The translations under genes were made by a program, and so were the position numbers. Under the pieces are notes generated by a model. That model worked only from the letters and a program-made list of their open reading frames with translations, did no database searches and had not been told where the DNA came from. Source: Acanthaster planci (lineage: Eukaryota). Taken from it: 64,000 nucleotides of DNA. Where the stretch lies: positions 5,977,068 to 6,041,067 of the forward strand of contig NW_019091355.1 of assembly GCF_001949145.1 (NCBI RefSeq). Reading direction: 5' to 3'. Below are positions 11,430 to 24,381 of the stretch, piece by piece (within the stretch, counting starts at the first letter, position 1; each line of letters starts with the position of its first letter).

Positions 11430-14345
11430 TCTGCATGGTTTCAAAGTATTATCGACCCAAATCACAGAAGACTCAGTCTTATGTTTCGTCGAATAAGACA
11501 GGCTCGTTTGACCATGCCCAATGAGGTCAGTTTTTCATTCAACAGAATTTTGAGAACATGAATGAAATAAACTGCATTTGACAGTTTGAAACATGTATAT
11601 CACTGAAAAAGAAATGGTCTTTAAGTATTGTAAGTAAATTGGCGACACTGTCTTCCAACTCTTCATCATCCTCTCTTTCCGATTCGGATAACAAATCATC
11701 TTCGAAACCTTCGTTTCACCCTGCATAGATTAAGTTCCACAATTTGCTATTTCTGATTCTTCAAATCTACGCTATTTAAAATCAGGCTCTGAATTACCGA
11801 TCAGAATATTCAGCATGAATACCTTCAGGGTCATCATCAACTTTATCCCCTTTAGATCCCTGTGCTCCACGCAAATTTTCTACATGTCTCCAACGGTCTC
11901 CGTCCAAAGCTTTTGTCACACCAGTGACAAACACGGGGTTCACTTTCGAAACCGATGAAATCGTTAAATATGTAGCCGCGTATTTCATTGCTCATTTGCT
12001 TATTCCTTGCTCTGTTCATTACTCATTTGCTCCGAAAAATGAACACGAAGTAGACTTTGAGAGTGATTATGCATAAGTTTAAAGAAGAAATAAATTGCTT
12101 GCCAAACTTCATAGCTTCTAAAAAATGTTCTGAAAAGGAAGACATGATCGATATTATCAAAGGCTTTTTCCGATCTAGATTTACGACCGCTAAAGGAATA
12201 TTATGGTAGTTAGAATATAATAAAATATCTCGTGTCTAGTTGACATTCTCATAAGTAGATTGACCAGGCAGGAACAGAGTAACTTTGGTCCATCTGAATG
12301 ACATTACCGATAACATCTTTAAGTCCATCAGCAAGAACTTTCGCAAAACTCTTGTAAACGACATTAAGTAGAGAAACGGGGAGCCAATTAGAGACATCTA
12401 GAAGATTCCCCATTTTAGGAAGTAGAACAATTACAGCTCTGCGACAGGAGATGAGTAAAAGATTTTGGTGAATGGAAAATTCAAAAACTATAAAAAAGTT
12501 CGTCTCTAAGAATTTGCCAGAAAAACTGATAAAACTCAGAGGAAAGACCCTCTAGTCTAGGGGTTTTGTTTTTATTAAGTTCTTGAACAGCAATATCAAC
12601 TTCTTCGATTGTGACTGAACAGTCATAATCTTCTAAATCGGAGGAAGTCAAGGTAGGGAAATCATCTAAAATAGTAACTTGAGCACCTTCGTCAGTGTCT
12701 GCTTGACTGTACAGATTTTTAAAAAAATTGCGAACAGGAAATTTGATCTGAGTCGGGTCTTCAGTAATATCATCACAAGGAAGACGACTTTTGTTCATGT
12801 TTTTTGAAGCAGAAATTGAATTTTCCAGGTTGAAATAATAGCCTATGTCGAAAACGTATTTATGTCATTACTGTATTGAAACCAGTCTGGCTTTAGACAT
12901 GAGACCAGGCTTATTTGGATTGCTTCTGGACCAGGTAAATTGACTAGTATCAGGATTACTTCTTCGCCAAATGTCGCAAAGATTGAGACTAGAGCATAAA
13001 TTATGGAGAGTAACGGCAATCGAACGTCTCATTTCAATGTCGTTACAAAATCTGTCCAGAGAGGGATTATGAGTACAATTGAAATCTCCACCAAATATAA
13101 TAACTTCATTTTCTAAAAGCTTGCAATGGAAGTGTATCTCTTTACAAACATTCAAGGCTTGATTGTTACTTTGAGGAATAAGAATATGGTGTAGGTGGTA
13201 CGTTGTATTATTCAGCTCAAGGCGACTGTAATTAACATAACCAGGCAATACAATATCATGAGAATGGATATTGATATCATTAACTTTGATAAGAGTAGTA
13301 ACTCCAGTCCCACGATTACAGCCTTCATGACAGAAAGATGTGTAAGGCCATGCATTCCAACACTTGTCATTGGATTTTTAAATGATTGGTTAGCTGAAGA
13401 AAGATAAAACGTTAGGATTGTTACATGAATGTTTCATATACTATCGTATCGCGGAGTTTTTCACGGAGGACGAACAACCTCCAGTATTCAGTAATAATAA
13501 GGAAAGAACCATAACAAGTAAGAAAAGCTGATGAAAATGATGCATTTCAGGGATTAAAAATGAAGAGGATCATCAGGATCAAGTGTCTTGATCAGTTTCC
13601 GAATTCTATGTTGTGTCTTCTTTTGAATGAGGGAGCTGTTGTGTAGGGGCTCTAATTGTTTGACAAGCACCGGGATATTATTGGTGAATTTTCTCGCTGT
13701 TTCATCTGGCTTTTTCTTGGTTTCACAGTGGTCCTGTATTTTTTGGTAGACCATGCTCTTGAATATCTTGGGATTGATCTGTGTCTTCCCAAGAAATTGA
13801 GTCTCTGTCAGACTCTGCTCCTTCAGCAACAGCTAGAAAATTGGCTGGTGAAGGAGTTGGAGTGGTTGCTCCAAGGGCTTGAGCTGGGCTAGGTGTGATT
13901 ACTTCCATTGGAGATCTGACTTGCTTAGTAAGTTTTCTAGGGGGGATATGGGGTGTTAAGGATGACAAGATTGCCAGCTTCAGTATGGTGCACTATTTTC
14001 TCAGGAGAGTCAATTTGTTTACTTTTGGTTACAACGTCAGAAAAGAGTAGTACTGGTTGAGGAGGAGAGCCCCATACAGATATGTAATGTGAAGACTGAG
14101 ATATTGAAGATGTTAAAGTCGAGTCCAATGAGGACTCTTGCGCGCAAGGTTTACTACTTGTTTTTCTGGGATTTCCTTCCTTACTATATTTTGGGTTTTC
14201 GTACCTTTTTGATGCATTGAATTTTCTTGTACTGGTCCTGGTACAGAGCTATCTCGATTGTCTTCGTTTGTGCGAGAATTCGATGGCACAGACGAGACTT
14301 CTCGTGATTTATCTTTAGGTACCAAGAAATTTGAGATTTCTCATT
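11430..14345 (-). mobile_element. Tx1/L1-clade LINE remnant A (AT-rich): ORF1 C-terminus, APE endonuclease, N-terminal RT; frameshifted
   Basis: Endonuclease motifs IIFGGDFNCTHNPSLDR and DIWRRSNPDTSQFTW...KARL (12868-13250). RT-adjacent NKTPRLEGLSSEFYQFFW, RRAVIVLLPK...NWLPVSLLNVVYKSFAKVLA and EKAFDNIDH (12100-12800). ORF1-like C-terminus ...QHRIRKLIKTL (13554-13829). Confidence 0.85.
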
Positions 14346-14402
14346 GAGTTTGGAGAGGGGGGGGTTGTACCTGCAGATAATTGGGCCGGCCAGCCAGCCA
14401 GC

Positions 14403-14456
14403 AAATCAAACTAAACCAAACCAAACCAAACCAAACCAAACCAAACCAAACCAAAC
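14403..14456. repeat. (AAACC)n / (TTTGG)n pentanucleotide microsatellite at the 3' end of LINE remnant B
   Basis: About 10 directly visible units. Confidence 0.95.
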
Positions 14457-17270
14457 TTACAAAATGTAAACAGAAAGGAGCTATAACAGTTAAATAACAA
14501 CCTAATAATATAGTTTGGAACAATCAAGGTCTGAAACCATAAGAAACTCACAATTAATGGAGAGCTGGACAGAAACAAAGACTTTTTTAACTTTTCAAAT
14601 AGAAACTTTATTTCGTTCCATTGAAACAAACACAATTACAATAACTGAAAGAAATTCAATTATTTACAGGTAAAAGATTTGTTTAAACATAAGTGAACAA
14701 AATAAAGGTCAATAACAAAACACGAAGATGTATAAAAGGATACAATATTACAGTAACAATAATAACAATACTAACAGTTGAAAAAATTACAAATGAGAAG
14801 ACAAACATTAACAAAGTTAAATAAGGTGAACAATGAGAAACATACAGTCAAGTTGACAGCCAAAATGATATAGGAATGTTTTACAACACATGTAAGAAAA
14901 TAAACAATATATGAGTCAAACTGACCAAGAACAACATTCTGTGTAACTCAGCAAGGGTCACAGGAAGGGAGAGGTAGATGGCCCAAGACACGGGGCAGAG
15001 GGATTTCCATATCTCGCCGAGGCGAGCTGCTGCCCCGGATTCAGGCCAGGTTGACAGGGAGAGAGTGAGAAGGGGTGGAGTAGGCCACCGGCGTCTCTGG
15101 ACGTGGGCAATTCTGCCCACTGCCGTGGCCCTCCTCCGGGAATAGAAGAGGGAGAGGGGGGTGGAGATAGAATAGTGATCAGATCAGCCATGTCATCTTT
15201 TTGTTGACAATAGTTAACAGGGAATCGTTGATGTACCATTTATCAAAGAAGAGACTGAGAGAGGAATTTAGACCATAATGTTGATATTCAACGATGATTT
15301 TGGATTTAAGACGGTGGGACCAGATTAGGAGGGATCAGGAAATTTGGTAGTGCGGTAAGACCAGTAGATGACGTTTTTCGGGCTGACGATGAGAAAATTC
15401 GCGAGTTTAACTGCGTTCCGGTCACGACCCCTGGCGTGGGGGACGAGGATCCAGTAGAGGTCGAAGTCGAGATGAAGGTCGGGAAGCAGACGGGAGAGCT
15501 TGAAGAAGGTTGAGTGCAGCGGTTGGATGGCCGGGCAGAGAATGCAGAGGTGACTGACGGTTCCTTCCTCTCCACACCATCCGCAGCAGCGAGAGATGTC
15601 TGGGTTGAGATGAATGAGCGGAAGAACGCTGTGAAGTAGTTCAAACTGGATGTCATCTTCTTTTGTGGAATTTGGAAGCTTGTAGGTTTGAGTCCAGGGG
15701 ATAGAGCGGTCATAGTTCTAGAAATCCAATTCGGTGCCAGTGGGTCAGTGTGATAGCGGGATGGGAGTTGACAGAGCAGTTGAAGATGTCGTAGAGAGTC
15801 TTGGATGAGAGGGAGAGTCCGTTGAGGTCGGGAGCGATGAAAAAAGGCGTTGGAGGAGTCTGGCGTGAAGGGGGATGGTGTGGAGAGGAGCCGAGGAAGC
15901 CCGGAGTCCAGAGAAGCCGAAGAGAGTCGGAAAATAGAGCGCAGTGCGAGGCGGAGGCAGACGACGGAGCTGAATATTGACGAGGCGGAGGGAAGGTGGA
16001 CGGATTCTTGAAGGGGCGAAGCGAAGATCTTGAGCTTCCAGCCAGCGTCCGGTGGAGGGGTGCAGAAGGTGACGAACGATCCCGATCCCGCACGACAGGA
16101 GCGGCCAAACGGAATTCTCACCGTCAGCCGAATGAGCTAAGAGAAAGCTATTGATAACATGGCTGATCGAATCGGAAGGTCACAGTTCAATTCGAGCTCC
16201 GAGCACGCAGAAAACTCGCCGTAGAATGGAAGAATACCGTGGAGAAATTTGGGATCAAGATCTATTTGGAATAGTTGAAAGTCAAAGCTGAGTTTTGTGT
16301 AGCGTTGAAGGAAGTGGGAAACCATTTTGTAGGCCGGCGGGATGAGGACAAAGATCGAAAAAGCGGACGCTCTGTAGGCAAGTGCGTGCTTGGAGGCAGA
16401 CGAGACCAAGTCCGCCCCTGTTGGGTCTTTGATAAAGAGTCTTTTTTGAGGAAGATGTCTTTTCCCGGACCAGACAAATTCGACCAGCAGTTCCTGGAGT
16501 TCGCTCTGGATATTTTTTTTGGGGGGGGGAGAAAGAACAGAGAAAGAACAGCCAAGACGTGACTGACTTTAGAAGCTGCGAGTTGATTGGCCACCCGACC
16601 CACAACTCCTGGGATTTTTGAGTGTGTAAACTTGCAGCAGAGGCTCTGCTGAAGAGGTCTCGCTTACAGTGTTAAAACCGGTGTCACAGGTGATAAAAAT
16701 TGAAATATCGGCGTATGCCGAAACCGAGCAATACTTTTCAGTATTGAGAAAGAGGAAGCTGCGACCATTAAGTTTTGACATTGTTTGTGGAGAAAGGGCT
16801 CGATGGCAATCGAATAGAGTCCCGAGAGCGGGCACCCTTGACGAATGCCTTTGTCGAAGGTGAAGGGTGCGGTCAGTGAACCGCACACCTTCACCAGGCT
16901 GATATGATAAGATGAAGCCTGAACTGAAACGACGTCGAGTAAAACGGCCTTGAAGCAACAACTCTGGAAACATAGGGGAGGCACTGTCCCAATGCAAGAA
17001 GAATTTTCCGCCAGCCGGAAGCGCTTAAAAAGTACCCCTACAAATTCTTTCGTAAAAAGGGGTCTGTGTGGGCCAAGAAATTGTGGGATTGTGTAAGTAT
17101 GGACCAGGGTCACCTCTGCAGATGCAGGGGCTCCCATATGGAGGAAAAGCAGGCAAAAATGTTTTTGAAAAATTGACAGAAGAGCCTGAAAAAGGTGGGG
17201 GATGTCATTTGAAAAAAGGCACCTGAAAGAAGACTTGGGAACGGTCACTTTTTGGGGGGTGAGTTTGCTT
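14457..17270 (-). mobile_element. Tx1/L1-clade LINE remnant B (GC-richer): RT core to C-terminus and AT-rich 3' UTR
   Basis: RT motifs SLVKVCGSLTAPFTFDKGIRQGCPLSGLYSIAIEPFL, SAYAD(I) (YADD-like), VANQLAASK and LYQRPNRGGLGLVCL, with several frameshifts. T-rich 3' UTR at 14460-14950. Confidence 0.85.
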
Positions 17271-17509
17271 TTGGCGGATAATTAAAAAATTCTTGGTTAA
17301 CCTACTAAAATTTGAAAATCAAATGAGACCTGAACGACCAAACAACACATTTTATTTGACGGAGGGGCCTTAGGGACTTCAATTGCCTGCAATGGGGCTT
17401 CAAAATTTGTTGATTATACACTCTTTTCCTTGCTATATCAATGGCGCTCTAATTTCAATTAGTTAAGTGCACCCACACATGTTGAGCTGGAGATCATCTG
17501 GAAACCACC

Positions 17510-17827
17510 AAGATAGGGCGCCCTCATGCTGTTGCAGCTGAAGTAGTACCACACCGTACCGTAGCTAGCTGTGCGCGCCGGTCATGCCGCTGTTAATGTC
17601 AATTTGACACGTCGCAAAAACTTTCTTCGCCTCGGCCGGCTGGGTTGCGTTGTGTTACATGTTGTTGGTTGCAAGTTAGTTGTGCTATGATCATGGTGAT
17701 GAAGAAACGGTGTCCGCTTACGTAAATTTATAGAGTATTTTCTCGATTAGTAAAGGGAAAGCCCATCATTCAATGTTCAAGGTCCTACATGCCCTTAATC
17801 TATTAAACACTGCATTCTGACGTCAAT
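17510..17827 (+). promoter_or_regulatory. Probable GFPT promoter / 5' UTR (CpG-richer patch)
   Basis: Local CpG enrichment at 17515-17650 directly upstream of the ATG exon. TGACACGTCG at 17605 and TGACGTCA at 17818. Confidence 0.5.
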
Positions 17828-17834
17828 ATGTGTG
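17828..17834 (+). CDS. GFPT1: GFPT/GFAT coding exon 1 (ATG TGT G; Met-Cys-Gly)
   Basis: ATGTGTG followed by a perfect GTAAGT donor. It supplies the N-terminal catalytic Cys and is phase-compatible with exon 2 (G|GG ATA TTT GCC TAC gives MCGIFAY). Confidence 0.9.
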
Positions 17835-18093
17835 GTAAGTAACCATAACGTTAGGTAAGCTCTGATTTTGTTCCGACTTGATCATGTTGATGTTGAGTTG
17901 AATACCCTTGAGTTAACCCTCAACTAGCTACGACTGCCTGACTCTAGCTATCGTGGCTATTGGATTGACAACTTGAAGTGATGGGAAAGACTTTAAAAGC
18001 TTATTATACTAAGCCGACATACAGACAACCATCATTGATGCCCCTGTGCGCATGCACAAACCATGTGAAGTTACATCATGTACTAGGCCTAGT

Positions 18094-18316
18094 ATGGGGC
18101 GGTGTGGACATCCGGTAGTTTCGCAAAATGGCGGGACAGGTAGCAACCGATGAAAACAACTGCAACGAAAGTGCATATGTGCTGATCAAAGAAATGATTG
18201 TATAGGCCTAACCCAATCCTCTGACTGGCTGGTGTCACGCTTACATTGCCATAATTGCTGTTTTCATTGGTCCCTACACCATTTTGCGAGAGTGCTGGAT
18301 GTCCGCGCCATCCCAT
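18094..18316. mobile_element. About 225-bp MITE with about 38-bp imperfect TIRs (copy 1)
   Basis: atggggcggtgtggacatccgg...cgcaaaatgg versus ccattttgcg...ggatgtccgcgccatcccat. Homologous to 19360-19591 in the opposite orientation. Confidence 0.7.
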
Positions 18317-19359
18317 TCCTCGTTTGACGTTGACATTCAGTGTTGAACAAGTGACTGACTTTCAAATGTTGAACAAGTAGCCTAACCTTTTGACATTTTG
18401 CGACCGTTCATGATATGTTGGATGCACATCTCTAAAAACAATGGAATGCAGTGGACAAAAAACAAACTGTGCCATGTACATTTCAGGGTTTGTTTGACCC
18501 TGAAAACCCCATGCTCTGGGTTGCAATGAGTTGTCACTAATTTAGGACAGTGACATGAATTACAGTAGATCAGATTCAATTTCATCTCTAGTCTGAGTAA
18601 CTTGGACCCCACAAATCGCCATTTTTAACATGTGGACGTGGTCAGGTGATTAGTAGGGTCCAAGTACTGTACATGTATCTGCCATTGTATGCTAAATTAT
18701 TCAAATTTTGACCAAAAGAACGTACATTAATTGAAGATAGACTACTTGAGCTTTGCAAGCAACAGTGAACATACCGGACACGTACAACTTTAGATTCCTG
18801 CCACCCCGATTGCAGACCACTCTAATGGCTTTATTTCTAGCCAAACTAAATTACCAGTCACAGGTTCTTGATACATGTGGTTTTTATTTTGTGGTTAACA
18901 GCAGCATGACACTTTTTACAAGTAGTTAATCAGACGGTGTTTACCAGCCTCAGGAAATAAAGGTAACCCAAAAAAGTGTCAAAAATAAGGCCATTGCTAC
19001 CGCCAGCCTGATAGTGTTGACTTGCATATTTCAGGGGTACGTTTCCACTTTCACATTGAATGGATTTTGGGTTATTCATGTCAGGCAGTCAGATTGCAAA
19101 CTAGCTGGTAAGATGAATTTTAGAATTGTATTAATGAAGTTTTGTAATGTTTTGTCGACTTACGTTAATGGCCTTAACGGAAAGATTTAATCATGAGTGT
19201 AGTAACTATCAAAATTACCGTGCTTTGTTGGTGTTCTATGCAGAAATACCTGTATATATGTATCAGTATCAAGTTTAATTTGTAATACTTACATTTTTCA
19301 TGCTGCCCTCACAAACAGTTCCTCTGTTTTTTCAAATCTGCGATGGCTTCTGATTGCAC

Positions 19360-19591
19360 ATGGGGCAGCGGAGACCTCCAGGATTATTGCAAAATGGCAG
19401 GTACCAGGCCGATGGAAACAATGACCATGGTGACACACACACACACCAGCCAATCCAAGGATTGGGTTACATGTACATACTTTTTTCGTTGATCAGTACG
19501 TACGCGCGTGCTCATTGCAGTTGTATTCATCAGCGTGTAGTGGTTGCCACCAGCAATTTTGTGAAACTCCCAGATGTTCCCGCTGCCCCAT
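19360..19591. mobile_element. About 230-bp MITE (copy 2, inverted relative to copy 1)
   Basis: TIRs atggggcagcgg... and ...ccgctgccccat. The interior (ccagccaatccaaggattgggtta, tgatcag, ttgcagttg) is the reverse complement of copy 1. Confidence 0.7.
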
Positions 19592-19723
19592 AAAATTTGG
19601 ATTAATTCTTCAAAATAGTCTGCTCTTTTACTCCTGCAACTTATTACATTTCCTTGATATAATTTTGTGTTTAATCAACGCAATACTGAATTTTTGTAAC
19701 ATTTCAGAATCGTTGCATACAAT

Positions 19724-19918
19724 CAGTGTTGTAGTCGAGATCATCACAAGACCATGCACAAGATCAGTCCCAAGTACTGTAACAGGGTGAACAATGATAA
19801 AGGAATGCTTTTGTTGCAGTTCATTTGAATAGCTTGTGGCTTGAATTCAGACTGGAGGTCTTGAGTTGGTCTTGTGCTGGTCTTGTGAAAGTCTTAAGTG
19901 GTCTCGACTACAACACTG
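19724..19918. mobile_element. hAT-type MITE, 195 bp
   Basis: Perfect 17-bp TIR CAGTGTTGTAGTCGAGA. Flanks catacaat / cgtgcaat (6/8 match, an aged 8-bp TSD). Confidence 0.8.
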
Positions 19919-21537
19919 CGTGCAATATTGAAGTTACTCAAACTGCATATGCATTGTTTCCTAGTTCAATCTTAGCTGATACGAATTGCTTGAATTTTAT
20001 ATTGATTATAATTATTCAGCCTTACTTGGTCAGAAGATTACTCTGTTCATGTTTATTTACAATGTACATAAAGTTTGTATAATTTGCTTGTTAGGATGCA
20101 CTCCACGTTGATAATTTTTCAATAGTTATCTTTGCAGCTACATGTATTTTGTTCAGAATTTACACTGTCTGGTAAACTTCACATTACTTAATCTGTATGT
20201 TATTTATGTTTGACCCATGTTCTTTTAATTTCAAAATGAAAGCTCCAAAATAATTTATTTTATAAGGTTTTATCAATTTTGTATTGAAGTCTTGTACATG
20301 TACCTATTTACAAGCAGAAGGTTAATCCTAACCCTCCTCAATCCTTCACCTGTTGGAGGACTGAGGAGTGTTAGGGTTAAAGCACTCGGCCCCCCCTCGT
20401 TGTGAAACCCCCTCTCCCATGCTGTATAATAAAACGTACAATCAATTCCATGTTTTTCTGTCGTGTTCCATTCAGTGTTCATTCCATAGAATCAAACTAT
20501 TTTTTTCATGTGGATGAGCAAAGCAAAGGAGCATGAAATGAAAAATTGTCAAATGTTACCAGTGTCCACACTTCGTGCACTTCAACGCAGCCATTCTTAA
20601 TTATCCTCTGGAAATGGCGCTTGTAACACCGATTAAATTTCCAACTGTATCAGTAATAATTTCTGCCGTGATTGGGACGAAAAGAGGAATAATGCATGGG
20701 AAATACTCCCCACATGGCACACTGCATTGAAACATGTTACGTGCATGCATTCTTGGGCAGGATGTGCATGTATGCTCCGCTTTCCATGCTTTTCCCAACT
20801 CATGCTGTCTGTACTGGACTTTCCGTCCTGGGAAAAGTGACCTGAACATTTTTCACGGGTAGAAGTTTGCCAGTAAAAAATGTGTAGCTCAGTAAAAGTA
20901 ACTGAGAAGGAAACTTCCTTTGATGTCTGCACTGGACATAAAATGGGAAAAGTACCCATTGCCTTTGTAAGTTTGACCAAAATATCCAGTGCGGACAATG
21001 CTTTTGACTTTCATGTACCTGTACATGTGTGCATCAAGTATTCTGGTCAACATGTACCTTAGTTGGAGTGTTTTATTAAAGCATCTTTTGAATTCTTTGT
21101 GATAATTTTGCCTTTGATTTCATAGATTTATTTTCTGAATGGTTCCTACTGTGGGATTTTAAATTGCTGTATTTTATACCCACTGGTTTCTGTGTGGGGA
21201 GAAGGCTTAGTTAAGTTTCAAGTCATCTGGATACAAGCATTTTATTGTGTACATGTATGTGCAGACTGAAAAATGGAAAATTCGTTCCAGTTTTGTCTGT
21301 TGACAATTGAAGTGAGACTACACAAATGCGTGTACATACATGTACTTGCACCTGTATGTTCATATACAGAAATAAACTTCCCAAAACATCCTAAAACTTT
21401 CTTTCTTACACGTACACGTAGATGCTGCAGATACATGTATCATACATACATGTGCCTAACTACAGCACTTGCAAAAGTTTGCATAAGTAAGCAAATAGGA
21501 ATCTTCATAAATCGTTTTGTCCTCATTTTTGTAATAG

Positions 21538-21645
21538 GGATATTTGCCTACATCAACCACTTGGTGCCAAAGCAGCGCAAGGTCATCTTAGAGACTTTAA
21601 TCAATGGCCTGAAACGTCTGGAGTACAGAGGCTATGACTCTGCAG
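21538..21645 (+). CDS. GFPT1: GFPT coding exon 2
   Basis: 108 nt: (G)[35 protein letters not shown](G). AG acceptor and GTAAG donor. Confidence 0.97.
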
Positions 21646-22676
21646 GTAAGTTGCTGCAGACTGTAGCTTTATACTACCCTTACTGATCCTGTGCAATGCA
21701 TGTCCAGGGCATGAAATGATGGTCAGACATCGGACATTTTCCGACCACTTGTCACATTTGTCTAAAGCAACGATGGAAGTGCTTCTACAAAATGTCCAAG
21801 TAATGTATCAACTTGAAATCATCAGTTTAGTTTGTGAAATAATCAACTCAAGTTGTGTAAATTTTGTTTATGAGCGTAGGTCTGTGAATTATTGCTTTAC
21901 GGAAAGGTCTGTGAATCAAGTGGGACATTTCTCTCCTGAAATAGTTCCATCACAACCTATTTCAACAGCAGAATTTGGTAGTGTTCACATGCACATGTAC
22001 ACAGCTTACATGTAGGTGACATTTCATGGCAATAGCTTGTCTGTAACTTCTTTGCTGTTGCTCTGGAAATTTAAATGAAGAACAATAGTGCGTGCTTACA
22101 AAACATTCCCATTGTCAAAATTGGTGGCGGAGTGCATGTTCTTTTTTGAAAGATGTTTTTCCGAAAAGTGGTCCTGACCGCCATGGTGTTTCCTGTCATA
22201 GATCTGTCTTGCATTGTGTCTTCGGAATGAAATACATGTCTGTAAGTCACAACCACAAATACATGTATATATGGTATCACTGGAAAGCCCATTTCTTACT
22301 CTCTTTCTCTTTCTTCTCATACAGTGTACAGTATATACAAATACGTGTACATGTACATGTAGCATATAGGCACCTGTTTTAAACAAATTGGAAGCAGCAA
22401 CAGCTGTTGTATGTTATTGATTTGTCCAGATGTGTTGGCGTACACTGTAAGTCGCGTGCATGATCAATGGGCAGACAGTTCAGCTTAGATTTTGGGCTGT
22501 TCTTCCCAAGTGACATCAGTGCACGGGTACATGTACACGTACACGTACATTTTATTGTACATGTACAGGTATGTTTTTATTTTTCAGCGCAGTAAGCAAA
22601 TTGCCAAACACCATTTAACATGCAGGAATGCAACTTTTTCTCAGATATGGGCGGAGTCAAATCAAATGTTTCCCTA

Positions 22677-22840
22677 GGGGGTCAGGTTGGCGTAGTGGTT
22701 CTTTTCTCACCTTCTACTTCTGCGGTCTGGGTTCGAATCCTTGCCTGGTCCGCATGTGGATTGGGTATTCAGGCCGTACCTGATTCTGTGGGTTTTACCC
22801 GGAATATTCCTCTGGGGTTTCCTCCCACTTCTTAAACTGT
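22677..22840 (+). mobile_element. tRNA-derived SINE with a V/Meta-like central domain
   Basis: A-box TGGCGTAGTGG (22688), B-box GGTTCGAATCC (22730), then gggttttacccgg...ggggtttcctcccac, which resembles the conserved V-domain core. Confidence 0.7.
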
Positions 22841-24381
22841 AACTGCATCTCATTGTCTCCTCTCTACAGGTTTTTTTCAGGCTTGCCAGCTACAGTGCCT
22901 ACATGTACTAGTGCATTGTTGGGTGCTTTTGAGGAATCCTGGGTGTCATTACCAGAAATGATTAATAATGAATAATACTATTCAAATATTTGACCTTCAA
23001 TTCAATGAATATTTGGTCATACTGGCTGGCAGATTGTTGAACAAACTCTAAGGCATTATCCTCATAAAATGGACCAAAATGTAACTCCGCATGTAATTTT
23101 TCAAGACTTCTAAAAGAGTGACTTTGATCATGTAAAATACAAATTAGCACCTCAGATTAAAAATGATTATTTGGGGAAAATTAGGCATTACTGTGTACAT
23201 TTGGTGGACATTTGGTTGGCTACCAGTGCAAATCAAATTGAGTTGAATTCATTTAAAGTTTTACATCAAAGTGTTTGCACCAGAGGACTTGATTTCAAAA
23301 CTTGTCACAACAAGGAGAATTCAGAATATTTTCAACTGATGTATCTTAAAACACCTAAGAAATAACTAAAAAAAAATAAGCAACGAAAAAAAGAGCACAA
23401 AATTGATGGGAAATGATGAGAAAAGTTTGGCTCTCTTCATTCTCTTACCGTTTATAATCACTGTCACTATACCAGCATATCTGCGAGGTCTTAAACCTTT
23501 CATCCACTGAAAATAATCTTTAAGTTTGGCTGCATCAAAAGTGCATAATGAGTACAATATGTTCGTGACAAATTTCATGTTTGACAGAATGTTGATTTAG
23601 AATTTTGATAAAAATGCATGACGTTTGAGAATGCTGAAAATGCTGTCACATGTTGTGCTTGAAAATTCCATGCGCGTTGTTCATTTTGCCACTTATTTTG
23701 GAGATACAGTGTATCCCTGCTGAAAATTAAATTAAAATGAACAACTCTGCGCTGTTCCAAACACTAATCGACCTTCAGAATTGAATAAAAAGATATTATA
23801 ATATATAGTTCGTTAAAAGAAGTCTGTCAAACTCTCGCTAAAGCACGTGCAAGTCTCATTGCAGATTCTAGTCATAGGCCGTGCAAATAAAGTGGAAGAT
23901 TTGACCTCATTAATGCGTGAGCTGCGGATTGACTAGTATAAATAGTCATTCTTGAAGGGACATAGATTCATATAACTAGTAACCTAGGACCATATTTTGG
24001 TTTGGGTTACATTTACCATGCAAACAGTGTGGTAGGGAAACAGTGATTTGTTTGCAGAGAAAATTTAAGCATTGTATAAAGTAATGGATGTTTCATATTT
24101 GTGGAATTGAAAGAATAATTTCAGATTGGCAGATTGAATGTTCCATTCCAGTTGGCTTTACCTCATGGAACGGAACATTTAGTCTGCCACCATGAAATGA
24201 CATGTGTTCTTGGTATTGCACCCATAAGATTAAGCTTTTATACAATATCCATCAATATGAAATGGGAGTTGTTGAGTACATGTATCAAAAACTTTACTTA
24301 CATAGCGTGTTGTGTGTTTGTTATTTAAAGAAATCACAAAGTACTGTACAATATATGTGTTGCTGTTCTTTTTCGGAAAAG

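Noticed and set aside
15306..16121. 271-aa minus-strand ORF as an independent gene
   Set aside because: It is a frameshift-disrupted piece of the Tx1-like ORF2 C-terminal region.
20331..20380. Local hairpin ctaaccctcctcaatccttca...tggaggactgaggagtgttag
   Set aside because: An isolated imperfect palindrome, probably a MITE or Helitron-end remnant, with no support for an ncRNA.
21273..21537. N-terminal extension of the GFPT exon-2 ORF
   Set aside because: Intronic low-complexity sequence. GFAT needs Cys at position 2, which the 7-nt exon at 17828 supplies.
22677..22760. Possible tRNA genes (also 5940-5985)
   Set aside because: A/B boxes are present, but there is no convincing cloverleaf and a SINE body follows. 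A second degenerate copy exists at 9739-9907.
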